A stretch of DNA of 64,000 nt from a virus (taxonomy: Duplodnaviria > Caudoviricetes). The stretch lies in IMG/VR virus record IMGVR_UViG_3300036770_005357; one strand, given 5' to 3'. The position numbers and the translations under genes were made by a program. Below are positions 33,000-42,955 of this stretch, piece after piece. Positions within the stretch are counted from its first letter, which is position 1. Each line of letters begins with the position of its first letter. The notes below the pieces were generated by a model. The model saw nothing but the letters and a program-made list of their open reading frames with translations, had not been told where the DNA came from and searched no databases.

Positions 33000-33830
33000 A
33001 TGAAATGTTGCATAACAATATTAGTACATAAAAATTATATTGGAAAAATTCAAAATATATTAAATAATTTAAATGAATTTTTTTCACCTAATAACCCAAA
33101 TGTTGACATAATATTCTTTATTGAAAAAAATTGTATCGAATATGTTCCGACAAACTTAAATTATAACGGTGGTAAAATAATTTTTTATCATTTAGATAAC
33201 TTTGAACATAAAAATTTAAAAAATTATAATCAAATTCCCGAAAAAGTTTTTTGGTTTGATATTGGTTATAGAATGATGTGTAAATTTTTTGCGGGAGATA
33301 TATTTACGATACTTAATAACTTAGGATATGATTATAGTATTAGATTGGATACGGATTCTAGATTTTATGCACCAATAAGAAATTTATTTGACGAATTTAT
33401 AAGTTTAGATATGGAGTATGGATATATTTCAATTTATAATGAATGCAATGAACTGTGTGCAAATCTTTCTTGTGAAATAAAAAAATATATATTAAATAAC
33501 AATTTAAAATTCAATAAAAATGTTATAATAGACAATTTACTAGATACAAATTTAGCATATTATAATAATTTTGAAATGTTAAAAACAAAAACATTTTTTT
33601 CAGAAAACCACTTAAATTTATTTAAATATTTAAATGAAATTTCCGATGGATTTTTAAAGTATAGATGGGGAGACTCGTTATTTAGATTTAAATATGTACA
33701 ACTGTTTATACCTAATCATAAAATATATTATTTTGGAAATTTATCGTATTTTCATAAAAGTGATTTAAAAAATAAACCGTTTATTTTACATGATTGGAAT
33801 TTTAATGAATTATTTAAAAAATTATTATGA
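33000..33830 (+). CDS. GT15 (Kre2/Mnt1-like) alpha-1,2-mannosyltransferase family
   Basis: GYRMMCKFF, YSIRLDTDS, YYNNFE, RWGD. Confidence 0.75.
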   Translation: MKCCITILVHKNYIGKIQNILNNLNEFFSPNNPNVDIIFFIEKNCIEYVPTNLNYNGGKIIFYHLDNFEHKNLKNYNQIPEKVFWFDIGYRMMCKFFAGDIFTILNNLGYDYSIRLDTDSRFYAPIRNLFDEFISLDMEYGYISIYNECNELCANLSCEIKKYILNNNLKFNKNVIIDNLLDTNLAYYNNFEMLKTKTFFSENHLNLFKYLNEISDGFLKYRWGDSLFRFKYVQLFIPNHKIYYFGNLSYFHKSDLKNKPFILHDWNFNELFKKLL

Positions 33831-34492
33831 GTTATGCACCTGAAGAAAAATTTCTTTTAGAAACTATTTTTAAAAATAAAGACAATGTTCGTTTTTTAAA
33901 AATAGGTGCTCATGATGGAACAACATGTGCATTGTATGAAATAATAAAATCAAATAAAACATGGACCGGAATTTTTTTTGAACCTCACAAAAAATTATTT
34001 GAAGAATTAAAAATTAATTACAATAACGATTTTAGATTTTCTTTTGAGAATTATGCTGTATCTGATAAGGATGAAGAAAAAATATTTTATACATTAAATG
34101 AAAATATTGGAAAAATAGAAGGTAATGATAAAAAACTATGTAAATTCACAGAATTAAATTCTTTTTATGAACCTGTTTTAATGAAATTAAAAGATTATTT
34201 TAAATATACTGAAAAAGATGTAGAATGTAACTTAATAAAATCGGTATCTATAAATTCAGTTTTATATAAATATAATATACCCGTCGATTTAGATTTATTG
34301 TATATAGATACGGAAGGACATGATTTAGTAATTTTAAATAAAATAGATTTCTCTAAATATAGAATAAAAGTTTTAGTCTATGAATTTGATAATTCTAACA
34401 CCGATATGGTTTTAAATTTTAGAAATCAACTTAAAAATTTAGGTTATGATATTTATTCATTTTGGTCCGATGATGTTTGTGTTTTAAAATGA
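33827..34492 (+). CDS. FkbM-family methyltransferase
   Basis: IGAHDG, GIFFEP, FENYAVS, LYIDTEGHD. Confidence 0.88.
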   Translation: MSYAPEEKFLLETIFKNKDNVRFLKIGAHDGTTCALYEIIKSNKTWTGIFFEPHKKLFEELKINYNNDFRFSFENYAVSDKDEEKIFYTLNENIGKIEGNDKKLCKFTELNSFYEPVLMKLKDYFKYTEKDVECNLIKSVSINSVLYKYNIPVDLDLLYIDTEGHDLVILNKIDFSKYRIKVLVYEFDNSNTDMVLNFRNQLKNLGYDIYSFWSDDVCVLK

Positions 34493-35106
34493 AAATTTGT
34501 TTAACAACATTGTACGATAAAAATTTCGAAAAATTTATACCGTATGTTTTAAAATCATTCGAAAATTTTTGTGAAATAAATTCATTTGATATTCAAGTAT
34601 ATGATAAATTATTCGATTCAAATTTACATCCATCGTGGAATAAACTATTAGCAATAAAAGAAAGCTTTAAAAAATATGATGTGGTATTTTGGAGCGATGC
34701 GGATTCTTTATTTACCGGTATAAATGAAAATTTTTTAAAAATAAACGATTTCAATGATCAATCTAATTTTATGGTTACATCCGATGAAAACGGAATTTGT
34801 TTAAGTCATATTCTGATTAAGAATGCGGACTACAATTTAAAATTAATCGATACATTATTGTTTTTAAAAGATGTAAAAAACGATGATCTGTTTGGAATTG
34901 GTCCGAAATGGGAACAGAATTCTCTAAAAGCTTTAATGCAACATTTTAATATAGAATTACAAATCATGCATAAAAGATCCATGAAATGGACTACACCTGA
35001 AATGTTTCATAATGATATTTTCTTCTTTCACTATGCCGTACAAACTAATGATAGTAGATATACAGCAATTAAAAACCATTTTGAAAAGTTATATTTAAGT
35101 AAATAA
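34477..35106 (+). CDS. GT34 (Mnn10/Gma12-like) glycosyltransferase
   Basis: HPSWNKL, FWSDADS, WEQNSL, FFHY. Confidence 0.75.
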   Translation: MCFKMKICLTTLYDKNFEKFIPYVLKSFENFCEINSFDIQVYDKLFDSNLHPSWNKLLAIKESFKKYDVVFWSDADSLFTGINENFLKINDFNDQSNFMVTSDENGICLSHILIKNADYNLKLIDTLLFLKDVKNDDLFGIGPKWEQNSLKALMQHFNIELQIMHKRSMKWTTPEMFHNDIFFFHYAVQTNDSRYTAIKNHFEKLYLSK

Positions 35107-35874
35107 AACTTTTTGTTCACATCCACCAAACCACCAACTCATCTCAGAAAAGGTGCTAAGTTTTGTTCCGTAAAAATATTTACACTTTGATAGTAACAAC
35201 ATATCTACGAAATCATTTTGAATATCTGATAATTTTTCATCTCGTTCATATGTAATAATGTTAGAATATTTGTTTTTTAAATAAAATTTAAATTTAAAAT
35301 CATCACAGGATAGAAATACATTTTCATTTGTAGAAGATAATTTTTTTTCAAAATTGATGAGATAATGTTCATTTGATTTAGATTTTAAAAAAGTTGACCA
35401 ATCATCATATTCTTTATGGTAAGTAGACCACCAAGTTCTAATATGAAAACCTGTTAAATTATTAATTTGAAAATTATTAACTATATCATGTATTTCTTTT
35501 CTTACTATAAAAGAATTTATTATTGATAATATTTTTTCACGAAATATAGGAGGTATACGATCATATTCCGAATCTACATCTCTACATCTTAAATCTCTTT
35601 CCGGCAAATCAAGAGTAACATTATTAAAATAATCGGGAATTTCAATGTCATCATCTTTTATTATTATTCTCCAAGTACACAATGGTATATAATTAATCGT
35701 CGTATCTAATGTAACAAAATCGTTTTCAAAAATGTCACTAAATTGAGTAAAGTTACTTTTACTTTGATTTGATAATCTTAAAACAGAAATTAAGTTTTTC
35801 AATCTGTTACTCAAACCATTTACAGTTGTTGCCAAATATGCTTCCATAAAATTTATTTCCAACTTTTTTCCCAA
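35095..35874 (-). CDS. Fucosyltransferase-like (GT11/GT23/O-FucT fold)
   Basis: GLSNRL, GFHIRT, FLSCDD, DMLLLSKC..GT..STFS. Confidence 0.75.
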   Translation of the reverse strand: MGKKLEINFMEAYLATTVNGLSNRLKNLISVLRLSNQSKSNFTQFSDIFENDFVTLDTTINYIPLCTWRIIIKDDDIEIPDYFNNVTLDLPERDLRCRDVDSEYDRIPPIFREKILSIINSFIVRKEIHDIVNNFQINNLTGFHIRTWWSTYHKEYDDWSTFLKSKSNEHYLINFEKKLSSTNENVFLSCDDFKFKFYLKNKYSNIITYERDEKLSDIQNDFVDMLLLSKCKYFYGTKLSTFSEMSWWFGGCEQKVLFT

Positions 35875-36503
35875 TGATGTACTGCATATGCCAGTGGAGA
35901 AGTTTCTTTAAAATTTTCGTTTCGTCTATCTATTTCCGTAAACCAATATGGGTAAAAATATTCTTTTGTAAAGAAAAAATATGTAGATTCATTTTTATAT
36001 TGACAAGCAATTTTATTAAAAAATTCAGGGCCTGTTATCTTATGAATTTCACTCGGTAGATAAAAATGATTATCGATTGCAAATCGTATACTAATAGGTA
36101 TAGCATTTATGGCATTTTTTATTAATTCATTATTTTCGGCAGATCCAATAAATCCTATAGCAACTTCATTATTAGTTTGAATACCACCTAGAAAATCAAA
36201 TGATAAAAAACTGTCATTGAGTTTTTTTAAAGGTTCAAAATCAGTATCAAAATATAATCCGCCAAATTTATATAAAATTATATATCTTAATATATCGGCT
36301 TTAAAAGCATGTGCAAACTCGTTATTAAAATAATATTCATGTAAAAAATCAGGTATTAAATTATTTTTAATTACATCACCATCTGTCCACAATATTACTC
36401 GGTAATCATCATAAATAGACTTAAACGCATTAATGTTTTTCAAAGAATATTCCGGCAGCGGATTATTTCCAACCCATATAAAATGCAAAACTTTTGGTAT
36501 CAT
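35853..36503 (-). CDS. GT32 (Och1-like) glycosyltransferase
   Basis: MIPKVLHFIWVG, ADILRY..LYKFGGLYFDTD, TGP, HHWEKSW. Confidence 0.9.
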   Translation of the reverse strand: MIPKVLHFIWVGNNPLPEYSLKNINAFKSIYDDYRVILWTDGDVIKNNLIPDFLHEYYFNNEFAHAFKADILRYIILYKFGGLYFDTDFEPLKKLNDSFLSFDFLGGIQTNNEVAIGFIGSAENNELIKNAINAIPISIRFAIDNHFYLPSEIHKITGPEFFNKIACQYKNESTYFFFTKEYFYPYWFTEIDRRNENFKETSPLAYAVHHWEKSWK

Positions 36504-37189
36504 TATTCGATCAAACTTTTAAATACTAAATTTTCGGGTTTGTTTTCTTTTTCTCTAAATGAAAGTTGTTTACATATTATTTCATTCGGAATATAACATT
36601 TCATGACCTCTTTTTTCTTTTCACATTTACAAATATGCGTGAAATAGTTGATTATAAAATCTATAGGAATCGTCGATGATATGATTTTTTCCGCAATTGT
36701 ACTTAATATATTTAAACCATTAAACGCAATCATATGCGTGGTCCAACTTACTTCGGCGTCGGATACATATTTATTAATTTCTGTAAACTTCCAAAATCCA
36801 TCATATTTTTTATGATGATAACCAAAATTTAATATATTCCAACAATTATCAACATTTTCCATAAAATTTAAAAATTTAATTTCATAATCTTTTTCAAAAA
36901 CAATATCATCTTCCAGTATTAAAATTTTATCTTTTTGCATATAAATACATTCTTTTAATATTGATAAATAACAAAGACACAAACTAATTTCATTTGAATT
37001 AGTTATTCTAGGCGAATTCCACAAATCTTTAACCGGATAATTATTTAAAAAATGAGACGGCACGGCAGTTCTAATTTCAAAAGATAAATCATTTTTTTTT
37101 AAATAATCGATTATATATTTTTGCCGTTCAGTATCTACCGATGTAGTTATTACATAGACATCTTTGAAAAAATTATTAATAATATTCAC
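36503..37189 (-). CDS. GT25 (Lex2B-like) glycosyltransferase
   Basis: YVI..ERQ, EISLCLC, ILILEDD, PIDF. Confidence 0.75.
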   Translation of the reverse strand: MNIINNFFKDVYVITTSVDTERQKYIIDYLKKNDLSFEIRTAVPSHFLNNYPVKDLWNSPRITNSNEISLCLCYLSILKECIYMQKDKILILEDDIVFEKDYEIKFLNFMENVDNCWNILNFGYHHKKYDGFWKFTEINKYVSDAEVSWTTHMIAFNGLNILSTIAEKIISSTIPIDFIINYFTHICKCEKKKEVMKCYIPNEIICKQLSFREKENKPENLVFKSLIE

Positions 37190-37210
37190 ACAAATATGTA
37201 GTTTATATAA

Positions 37211-38128
37211 ATGAAAAAAATAAATATTTTAACATATAATAATGGCGTTGGTATAGTTACAGATGCATTTCTTTTAAAAAAAATTATAGAGAATAACATT
37301 ACTGAGAATGTGACCGTGGAATTCATAAATGAAGATATAAAAAACGCAGATGTTGGGGTTTGGATTCAAAACTTTGATATAAATCATCTTTCTAATTTCA
37401 AAAAAAACATATTTTTTATAAATGAAGAATGGTCTGGGACACAAGAGCTAAACAACTTAAATTTATTCGATCATGTAATTTGTAAATCTAAATATGCTTA
37501 CAACTTAATAATCAATTATACTAAATTTAATAAAAATATAATATATATACCGTTTGTTTCACGGAATTTTCATGATAAAAACATTTCTAAAAATAGAAAA
37601 TGCCTACATTTCATGGGTAGATCGATTCAAAAAAATACTGAAGTGGTTTTAAACCAAAATGTAAATATAACTTTAATTGATCCATATAACAGATACAGAC
37701 CGAATACAAACTTTGATCACATCAATACTTATCAAACAGATGAACAAATAAATTATTTATTAAATTCACACAATATACATATATGCTGCAGTTTATATGA
37801 AAGTTGGGGACATTATTTATTTGAAGGGTTATCTACAGGTGCAGAAATAATATGTAGTGATATACCCATATTTAAAGAACAATTAGATCCGGATCTTGTA
37901 CATTTCATACCAACACAAGAAAAAATAGATACATCATATTTGTATTGTTCTGATAATGTAGATAATAAATTTATGATTAGAAAATCTTTTTTTGTAAATG
38001 AAAATTATTTTAAAAATTATATTGAAAATTTTAAACCTATTGGTAAATATGAAGAACGAATAAAATTATTTAACAATATTATAGATAATAATTCAAAAAA
38101 AATAGTAAATTTTTTCAAGAATATATAA
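37211..38128 (+). CDS. GT4-like glycosyltransferase
   Basis: GRSIQKNT, CSLYESWGHYLFEGL..GAEII.SD. Confidence 0.75.
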   Translation: MKKINILTYNNGVGIVTDAFLLKKIIENNITENVTVEFINEDIKNADVGVWIQNFDINHLSNFKKNIFFINEEWSGTQELNNLNLFDHVICKSKYAYNLIINYTKFNKNIIYIPFVSRNFHDKNISKNRKCLHFMGRSIQKNTEVVLNQNVNITLIDPYNRYRPNTNFDHINTYQTDEQINYLLNSHNIHICCSLYESWGHYLFEGLSTGAEIICSDIPIFKEQLDPDLVHFIPTQEKIDTSYLYCSDNVDNKFMIRKSFFVNENYFKNYIENFKPIGKYEERIKLFNNIIDNNSKKIVNFFKNI

Positions 38129-38173
38129 ACTTTGAATCGATTATGATAAATTGATATATCATATTAATTTAAA

Positions 38174-38917
38174 TTAAATACAATTTACGAATTTATAATT
38201 GATGTTATTGTTGTATTTTTTTAAAGAATAATTTTTCCACCCATGTGCTTCGTAATATTTTTCATTATAATTAATACCAAATTCACCGATATGTTTTACT
38301 CTAGATTCTTTTGGAACAATGATTGATGTATCGGTTTTGTATTTCTCAACAATTTCCCAGTCGTAAGATCGTTTTTTGTCCCAATATTTTAAAACTTCGG
38401 TCCAAACTCTTTTTGTAACCAACCAACCACATGAATTGAAAAAATCTATACCGTCATTCATGAAATTTTTTATTTCTACAACTTCATGATCGTTTTCCTT
38501 ATAAATTAGGTTTTTAATAAAATTTTCTTTATTTAATAAGGAGAAAATATTGTTATCGTCATAATATTTAGAATTTATATAAAAATTTACTATATCATAT
38601 ACATCATTAGAAAATTCTACATCATCTTCACTCATGAGTACATGATCCAATTTTAGATTTTCAAAACAATAATTTAAACAAATAAAATGATTTAAATTGG
38701 CACCGAATCTATAAGGATTTATTTTCAAATCAAAGTTTTCGTAAATACTAAGCTTTTTTAAAAAAGATTGAACCTGCGACTCTGGTTCATAAAAAAATAT
38801 AAAATTTATCTTATCAAAATTGTTTTGCCGCAGACAACTTTCTACATATTGAGTATGATAATTAACTCGGTGAGGATTCCCCAACCACGAAGCAGCTACG
38901 ATATTTAATTTATTCAT
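38174..38917 (-). CDS. GT-A glycosyltransferase (GT2/GT13-like)
   Basis: MSEDDV, SCGWL, SYDW, SRVKHIG. Start revised to MNKLNIV. Confidence 0.65.
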   Translation of the reverse strand: MNKLNIVAASWLGNPHRVNYHTQYVESCLRQNNFDKINFIFFYEPESQVQSFLKKLSIYENFDLKINPYRFGANLNHFICLNYCFENLKLDHVLMSEDDVEFSNDVYDIVNFYINSKYYDDNNIFSLLNKENFIKNLIYKENDHEVVEIKNFMNDGIDFFNSCGWLVTKRVWTEVLKYWDKKRSYDWEIVEKYKTDTSIIVPKESRVKHIGEFGINYNEKYYEAHGWKNYSLKKYNNNINYKFVNCI

Positions 38918-38918
38918 A

Positions 38919-39632
38919 TTAAACTTTAATAATTGGTACATTATAATAATTAATAAAATGACCTTCAAATATTCTTAAATCGTCTGTGATACTCATTTTT
39001 ATATTTTTGTAATAAAAATCGTAAAATTTAGATCTACATAAATATATTTTATTATCACTTATCAAAAAAGAGTTCCAATTTTTATTTTCATTTAAAAAGA
39101 TAGAAATAGCAGCCGAGACATTTGGCCAAAATGCATTAAATGCATCATCAACACATATAACAGTTTGATCAATTGAATTTTCTTTACAAAGATTTAAATC
39201 GGACAAACATTCATCAAGTGAATGACCTCCGTCAATATGATAAAAAGAAATATTATTAAATTTATGATTAACTAAATTACGAGAATTGTCTTTAATTAAT
39301 TTAATTTTATCTAAACAACCATATTTTTTAATTAAATTCAACAACTCAGACTGTATGTTTGTATTACATTTTCCAGACTGAGATATATTTTCCTCTTGAT
39401 TTTCAAATAAATCAATTCCAATAACAGATTTAAAATCTAAATTTGAAAGATGTATCGTCACTCTGCCAAAATATACACCGATTTCCAATGCATTTTCTAT
39501 TAGATTGTTCGAAAATTGAATATTTGAAATATAATTAAATAGTAATAAATCTTTTCTTTTAAAATAGCCAGGAATAGTTAAATCATATTCATCCAATGTA
39601 CACTCATATTTTTTAATATTATTAAAATTCAT
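38919..39632 (-). CDS. Class I methyltransferase (Methyltransf_24-like)
   Basis: LEIGVYFG, GIDLF, HIDGGH, VDDAFN..WP.V. Confidence 0.85.
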   Translation of the reverse strand: MNFNNIKKYECTLDEYDLTIPGYFKRKDLLLFNYISNIQFSNNLIENALEIGVYFGRVTIHLSNLDFKSVIGIDLFENQEENISQSGKCNTNIQSELLNLIKKYGCLDKIKLIKDNSRNLVNHKFNNISFYHIDGGHSLDECLSDLNLCKENSIDQTVICVDDAFNAFWPNVSAAISIFLNENKNWNSFLISDNKIYLCRSKFYDFYYKNIKMSITDDLRIFEGHFINYYNVPIIKV

Positions 39633-40513
39633 AAAATCATCGCGGGGACATTATATATTATATTTAAAAAATCTGCTTTTTTGATAATAATTTTTGATGA
39701 TATACAATCGTTTATTCCAGCGTAAATTTCTATTTTATCACTGGTTACATTAACTGTAGATGGAAATATCACATCCACAATGGTAGGAAATGAATTTAAG
39801 TTTCGTCTCCAATTATAATATTCAAGTTGAAGATTACATTCATATTTGTTAAACGATGGAAATAATGTGTCCCAATAGTAAGCTATAGGTTTTAATTGGG
39901 AATCCAATCTCAACAGTCCACAGTAATAATTTAAATTTATAAAATTCACATTTTTATAACTGTGAAAAAGTAAGTATTTTAATCCATCCACTTCAAATAT
40001 GTTTGTACTTAAACCTGGACAACCAAATCTTTCGATCCACGGTTGCCAATTTATTTTCTGTTTAAAAATTACATTTTCATTTTCATCTAAAATTGTATAT
40101 GGATTAACATGATAAATAATCTTATCACTGTAAAACTGCCAGTGTTTTTCAAAATGTGCATTTTGAGTTTTGAAATGTGTAAATTCTTTTGTGGTTAAAT
40201 TGTACTTTTTAAACTCCACATTTATAATTTTAACCAAATCGTTTTTGTCTCGTTTACAACAACAAACACTTATTTCATTTTCATTTATAAATCTAGCATC
40301 CTCATAACTACATAAATAATTGTCATCCACAAAATGATGTAAGATTACATTATCTTGATCATCCACAATATCACTTACAAGTAGTTTATTTTCAAACTTA
40401 CTTTCTCTGCGAAAAATAGTTTTACCATTAAAATGTGATGGATTGAAATAATTGGCAACACCGTCAAATTTTTTAAGTATATCTACTTGTAAATTATTTA
40501 AATTAAACATCAT
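39629..40513 (-). CDS. Five-bladed beta-propeller glycosidase-like protein
   Basis: FNPS, YEDARF, EKHW (EKNW-like), VIFP. Confidence 0.6.
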   Translation of the reverse strand: MMFNLNNLQVDILKKFDGVANYFNPSHFNGKTIFRRESKFENKLLVSDIVDDQDNVILHHFVDDNYLCSYEDARFINENEISVCCCKRDKNDLVKIINVEFKKYNLTTKEFTHFKTQNAHFEKHWQFYSDKIIYHVNPYTILDENENVIFKQKINWQPWIERFGCPGLSTNIFEVDGLKYLLFHSYKNVNFINLNYYCGLLRLDSQLKPIAYYWDTLFPSFNKYECNLQLEYYNWRRNLNSFPTIVDVIFPSTVNVTSDKIEIYAGINDCISSKIIIKKADFLNIIYNVPAMIL

Positions 40514-40563
40514 AACTACACAATATATATTACGAGGATGAATATAATTGGGTTATGATAAGT

Positions 40564-41514
40564 TTATCCAACACGTTCTCCGTTTATAAATTTATTAACG
40601 TCGGATAAACTTTCATTTGAATATTTTTTTATTATATTTTTAAGAGGTAACGGATAATGTTCAACCGTTGGAAAGTTAATGCCGTCAAACGTACCAACCA
40701 TAGGAATCAAAGAAAATCCAACATCGATTGATTTACACCAATCTGCATATGTAGATGTTAACATTAATTGATCTGGATGACCTACAAAATTAACAGAAAC
40801 TGGATAATTAAAACTCTTTAATAATTCAACACGACTCTTATATAATTCCCATCTGAAATTTTTATCAGTCGGATGTAAACTACAATTAATAGCACCAAAA
40901 GATTCAGGAGGCGCCGCCATTACTATTTTTTTGAAAACATCAGCACTTATATTACTCGTTAATGCAATTTTAAAATTCTTTTGAGAAAAAAATGTAAAAA
41001 GTTTTTCAATACCATTATAATATAATGGTTCACCGCCATTTGTATGCCAAATACCACCATCAATTCCATTTATATTAAAAAATCTAGTAAAAGCTTCTAT
41101 CCATTCTTCCGCGGTAAATTGATCACATACATCTGGAATATCGGGATAAGTTTCTTTTGTAGGAAGAGTACAATATTTGCAAGAATAATTACATTTCCAA
41201 GTAGGCGCAAATAATATAGAAACAGCTTTCTTTTTTAACGAATAAGGATCTAAGTTTATAATTTCCTGATAATCTACTTCATTATCATCTTTATAAATTT
41301 TTTTTCTAGCCCAATGACGATCACATACTTGTAAGCATTGTTGGTTTGGACATCTAAATCCAAATTCGTCTTCTCTTAACTTTATTGTATCTTTTATGAT
41401 ATTACCTAAATATGCATCTTTTCGGTAAATTAAAGCATTGCATGTACTAACACGTCCTTCACTTCCAATGCTAAACCAATTATAGCCTGCTGAACAATAT
41501 AATCCATTTTTCAT
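40564..41514 (-). CDS. Radical SAM protein with N-terminal SPASM-like Fe-S domain (permuted order)
   Basis: N-terminal CSAG..I..EGRV..C..C..C..CD, then CNYSCKYC, NGGEP, TSN, SLH. Confidence 0.85.
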   Translation of the reverse strand: MKNGLYCSAGYNWFSIGSEGRVSTCNALIYRKDAYLGNIIKDTIKLREDEFGFRCPNQQCLQVCDRHWARKKIYKDDNEVDYQEIINLDPYSLKKKAVSILFAPTWKCNYSCKYCTLPTKETYPDIPDVCDQFTAEEWIEAFTRFFNINGIDGGIWHTNGGEPLYYNGIEKLFTFFSQKNFKIALTSNISADVFKKIVMAAPPESFGAINCSLHPTDKNFRWELYKSRVELLKSFNYPVSVNFVGHPDQLMLTSTYADWCKSIDVGFSLIPMVGTFDGINFPTVEHYPLPLKNIIKKYSNESLSDVNKFINGERVG

Positions 41515-41515
41515 A

Positions 41516-41884
41516 TCATTTAAAATATATTACTTTATAGTACCCTTCATCTATAGTTTTTTTGTTTTTAAAAAACAATTTATTAAATAAATCGCTTTTA
41601 GTCCCATCTAATGTATAACCAATACAAAAACTTATTTTATCACATCCTATTGATTTTGCCATTTCTATGGCTCTGTTTATTTCTTCTTCATCATCATTCC
41701 AAGTAAAAGCACCTTTATTTTCATCTTTCCAAATACTTTCAAATGAATCAATGTTTAAATCTCCAATTTGGCCGGATCCATCAGCATCGTTGCAATTACA
41801 AGAAACGGTTAAATCGGAATTTATACACGTATTATATGAAGTTTCTCCTGATAGGCTAGTACAATAATAATATTTATTAGACAT
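41516..41884 (-). CDS. Stand-alone SPASM/Twitch-like Fe-S domain protein
   Basis: YC..L..INSD.TVSCNC.D..G.IG.L..S.E.IW. Confidence 0.6.
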   Translation of the reverse strand: MSNKYYYCTSLSGETSYNTCINSDLTVSCNCNDADGSGQIGDLNIDSFESIWKDENKGAFTWNDDEEEINRAIEMAKSIGCDKISFCIGYTLDGTKSDLFNKLFFKNKKTIDEGYYKVIYFK

Positions 41885-41896
41885 ATTAAAAATTAA

Positions 41897-42547
41897 TTAT
41901 TTATATCCTATCCATATGTGATGTAAAGACGAATAATTGTGCCCTATAGATTTTCCGTATTCGGTTGAAGATAACACATATGAATCATTGCACTGAATGT
42001 TTTTGAAACCAACTGTATTCATGATATTAATCCCGGATTTTTTAGATAACCACCATATTGATTCGTTTGCAGATTTAACTTCACTTTCAACATCACCTTT
42101 ACCTCTACCAAGATATGATTCAGTTCTTATATACGGTTCATCCACATCAATTCCACCAGTTGATAAAGTAAACTGACCATTATCTTTTAATGATGTATGT
42201 ATGATTTTTAATAAACTCATCGGATAAAAAACATGCATCAACAGGGATCCACAAAATACAAAATCAAATTTATTAATATAATCTATATCGTATAGATCTT
42301 TTCTAACAATATTCATATTATACCCAGTTTTTTCTTTTACTAGATTGATAACATCAGTGTTTATGTCAACACTTGTAACAGAACTAGCTCCCATCTCACA
42401 AAATAGTTTAGAGAAATAACCAGATGCACATCCAACATCTAATACATCTTTGTTTTTTAAGTCTGGAAATTTAAACAAATGTAAGTATGGTTCGTGGTCG
42501 TATATTCCAGTAATATTTAAATCTTTAAATGTATGGTAATAAAACAT
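41897..42547 (-). CDS. Class I SAM methyltransferase (CmoB/DUF1698-like)
   Basis: VLDVGCASGYFS, FDFVFCGSLLMHV.YP. Confidence 0.85.
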   Translation of the reverse strand: MFYYHTFKDLNITGIYDHEPYLHLFKFPDLKNKDVLDVGCASGYFSKLFCEMGASSVTSVDINTDVINLVKEKTGYNMNIVRKDLYDIDYINKFDFVFCGSLLMHVFYPMSLLKIIHTSLKDNGQFTLSTGGIDVDEPYIRTESYLGRGKGDVESEVKSANESIWWLSKKSGINIMNTVGFKNIQCNDSYVLSSTEYGKSIGHNYSSLHHIWIGYK

Positions 42548-42589
42548 AATAATACATATTAAATAAGTTCAATTTGAATCGTTTAATTT

Positions 42590-42955
42590 TCATGGAAAAA
42601 TTACCTCATCATCGACTAAAATTCCTATTATTCTAATTCCCAACACACGATCATCATTAACAACAGTAAATTCATTTTTCAGTTCAAATAAAAATTCATT
42701 TTTATCAGTCATGTTTAAATTAATAATGTTAAGACAATCCGATTTTATTTCCGACTCTTTATCGTCGTACAATAATACATTATCAATTTCACTAAATGCT
42801 TTGATTGTAATAGATTTAACATTTGAAACAATACCATATACTTTAGTTGAAGTCCAAACCCAAAAAAATTTTTTGTCAGTTTCTAATGGAAAAATTCCTT
42901 CTAAAAATTGAACTAATTTTTTTGAATCGTCTAATTTTTTATAATTTATTTTCAT
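42590..42955 (-). CDS. Hypothetical protein
   Basis: ORF track. GIFPLE..WVWT..DDR.LG resembles accessory domains of glycosylation clusters. Confidence 0.55.
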   Translation of the reverse strand: MKINYKKLDDSKKLVQFLEGIFPLETDKKFFWVWTSTKVYGIVSNVKSITIKAFSEIDNVLLYDDKESEIKSDCLNIINLNMTDKNEFLFELKNEFTVVNDDRVLGIRIIGILVDDEVIFP

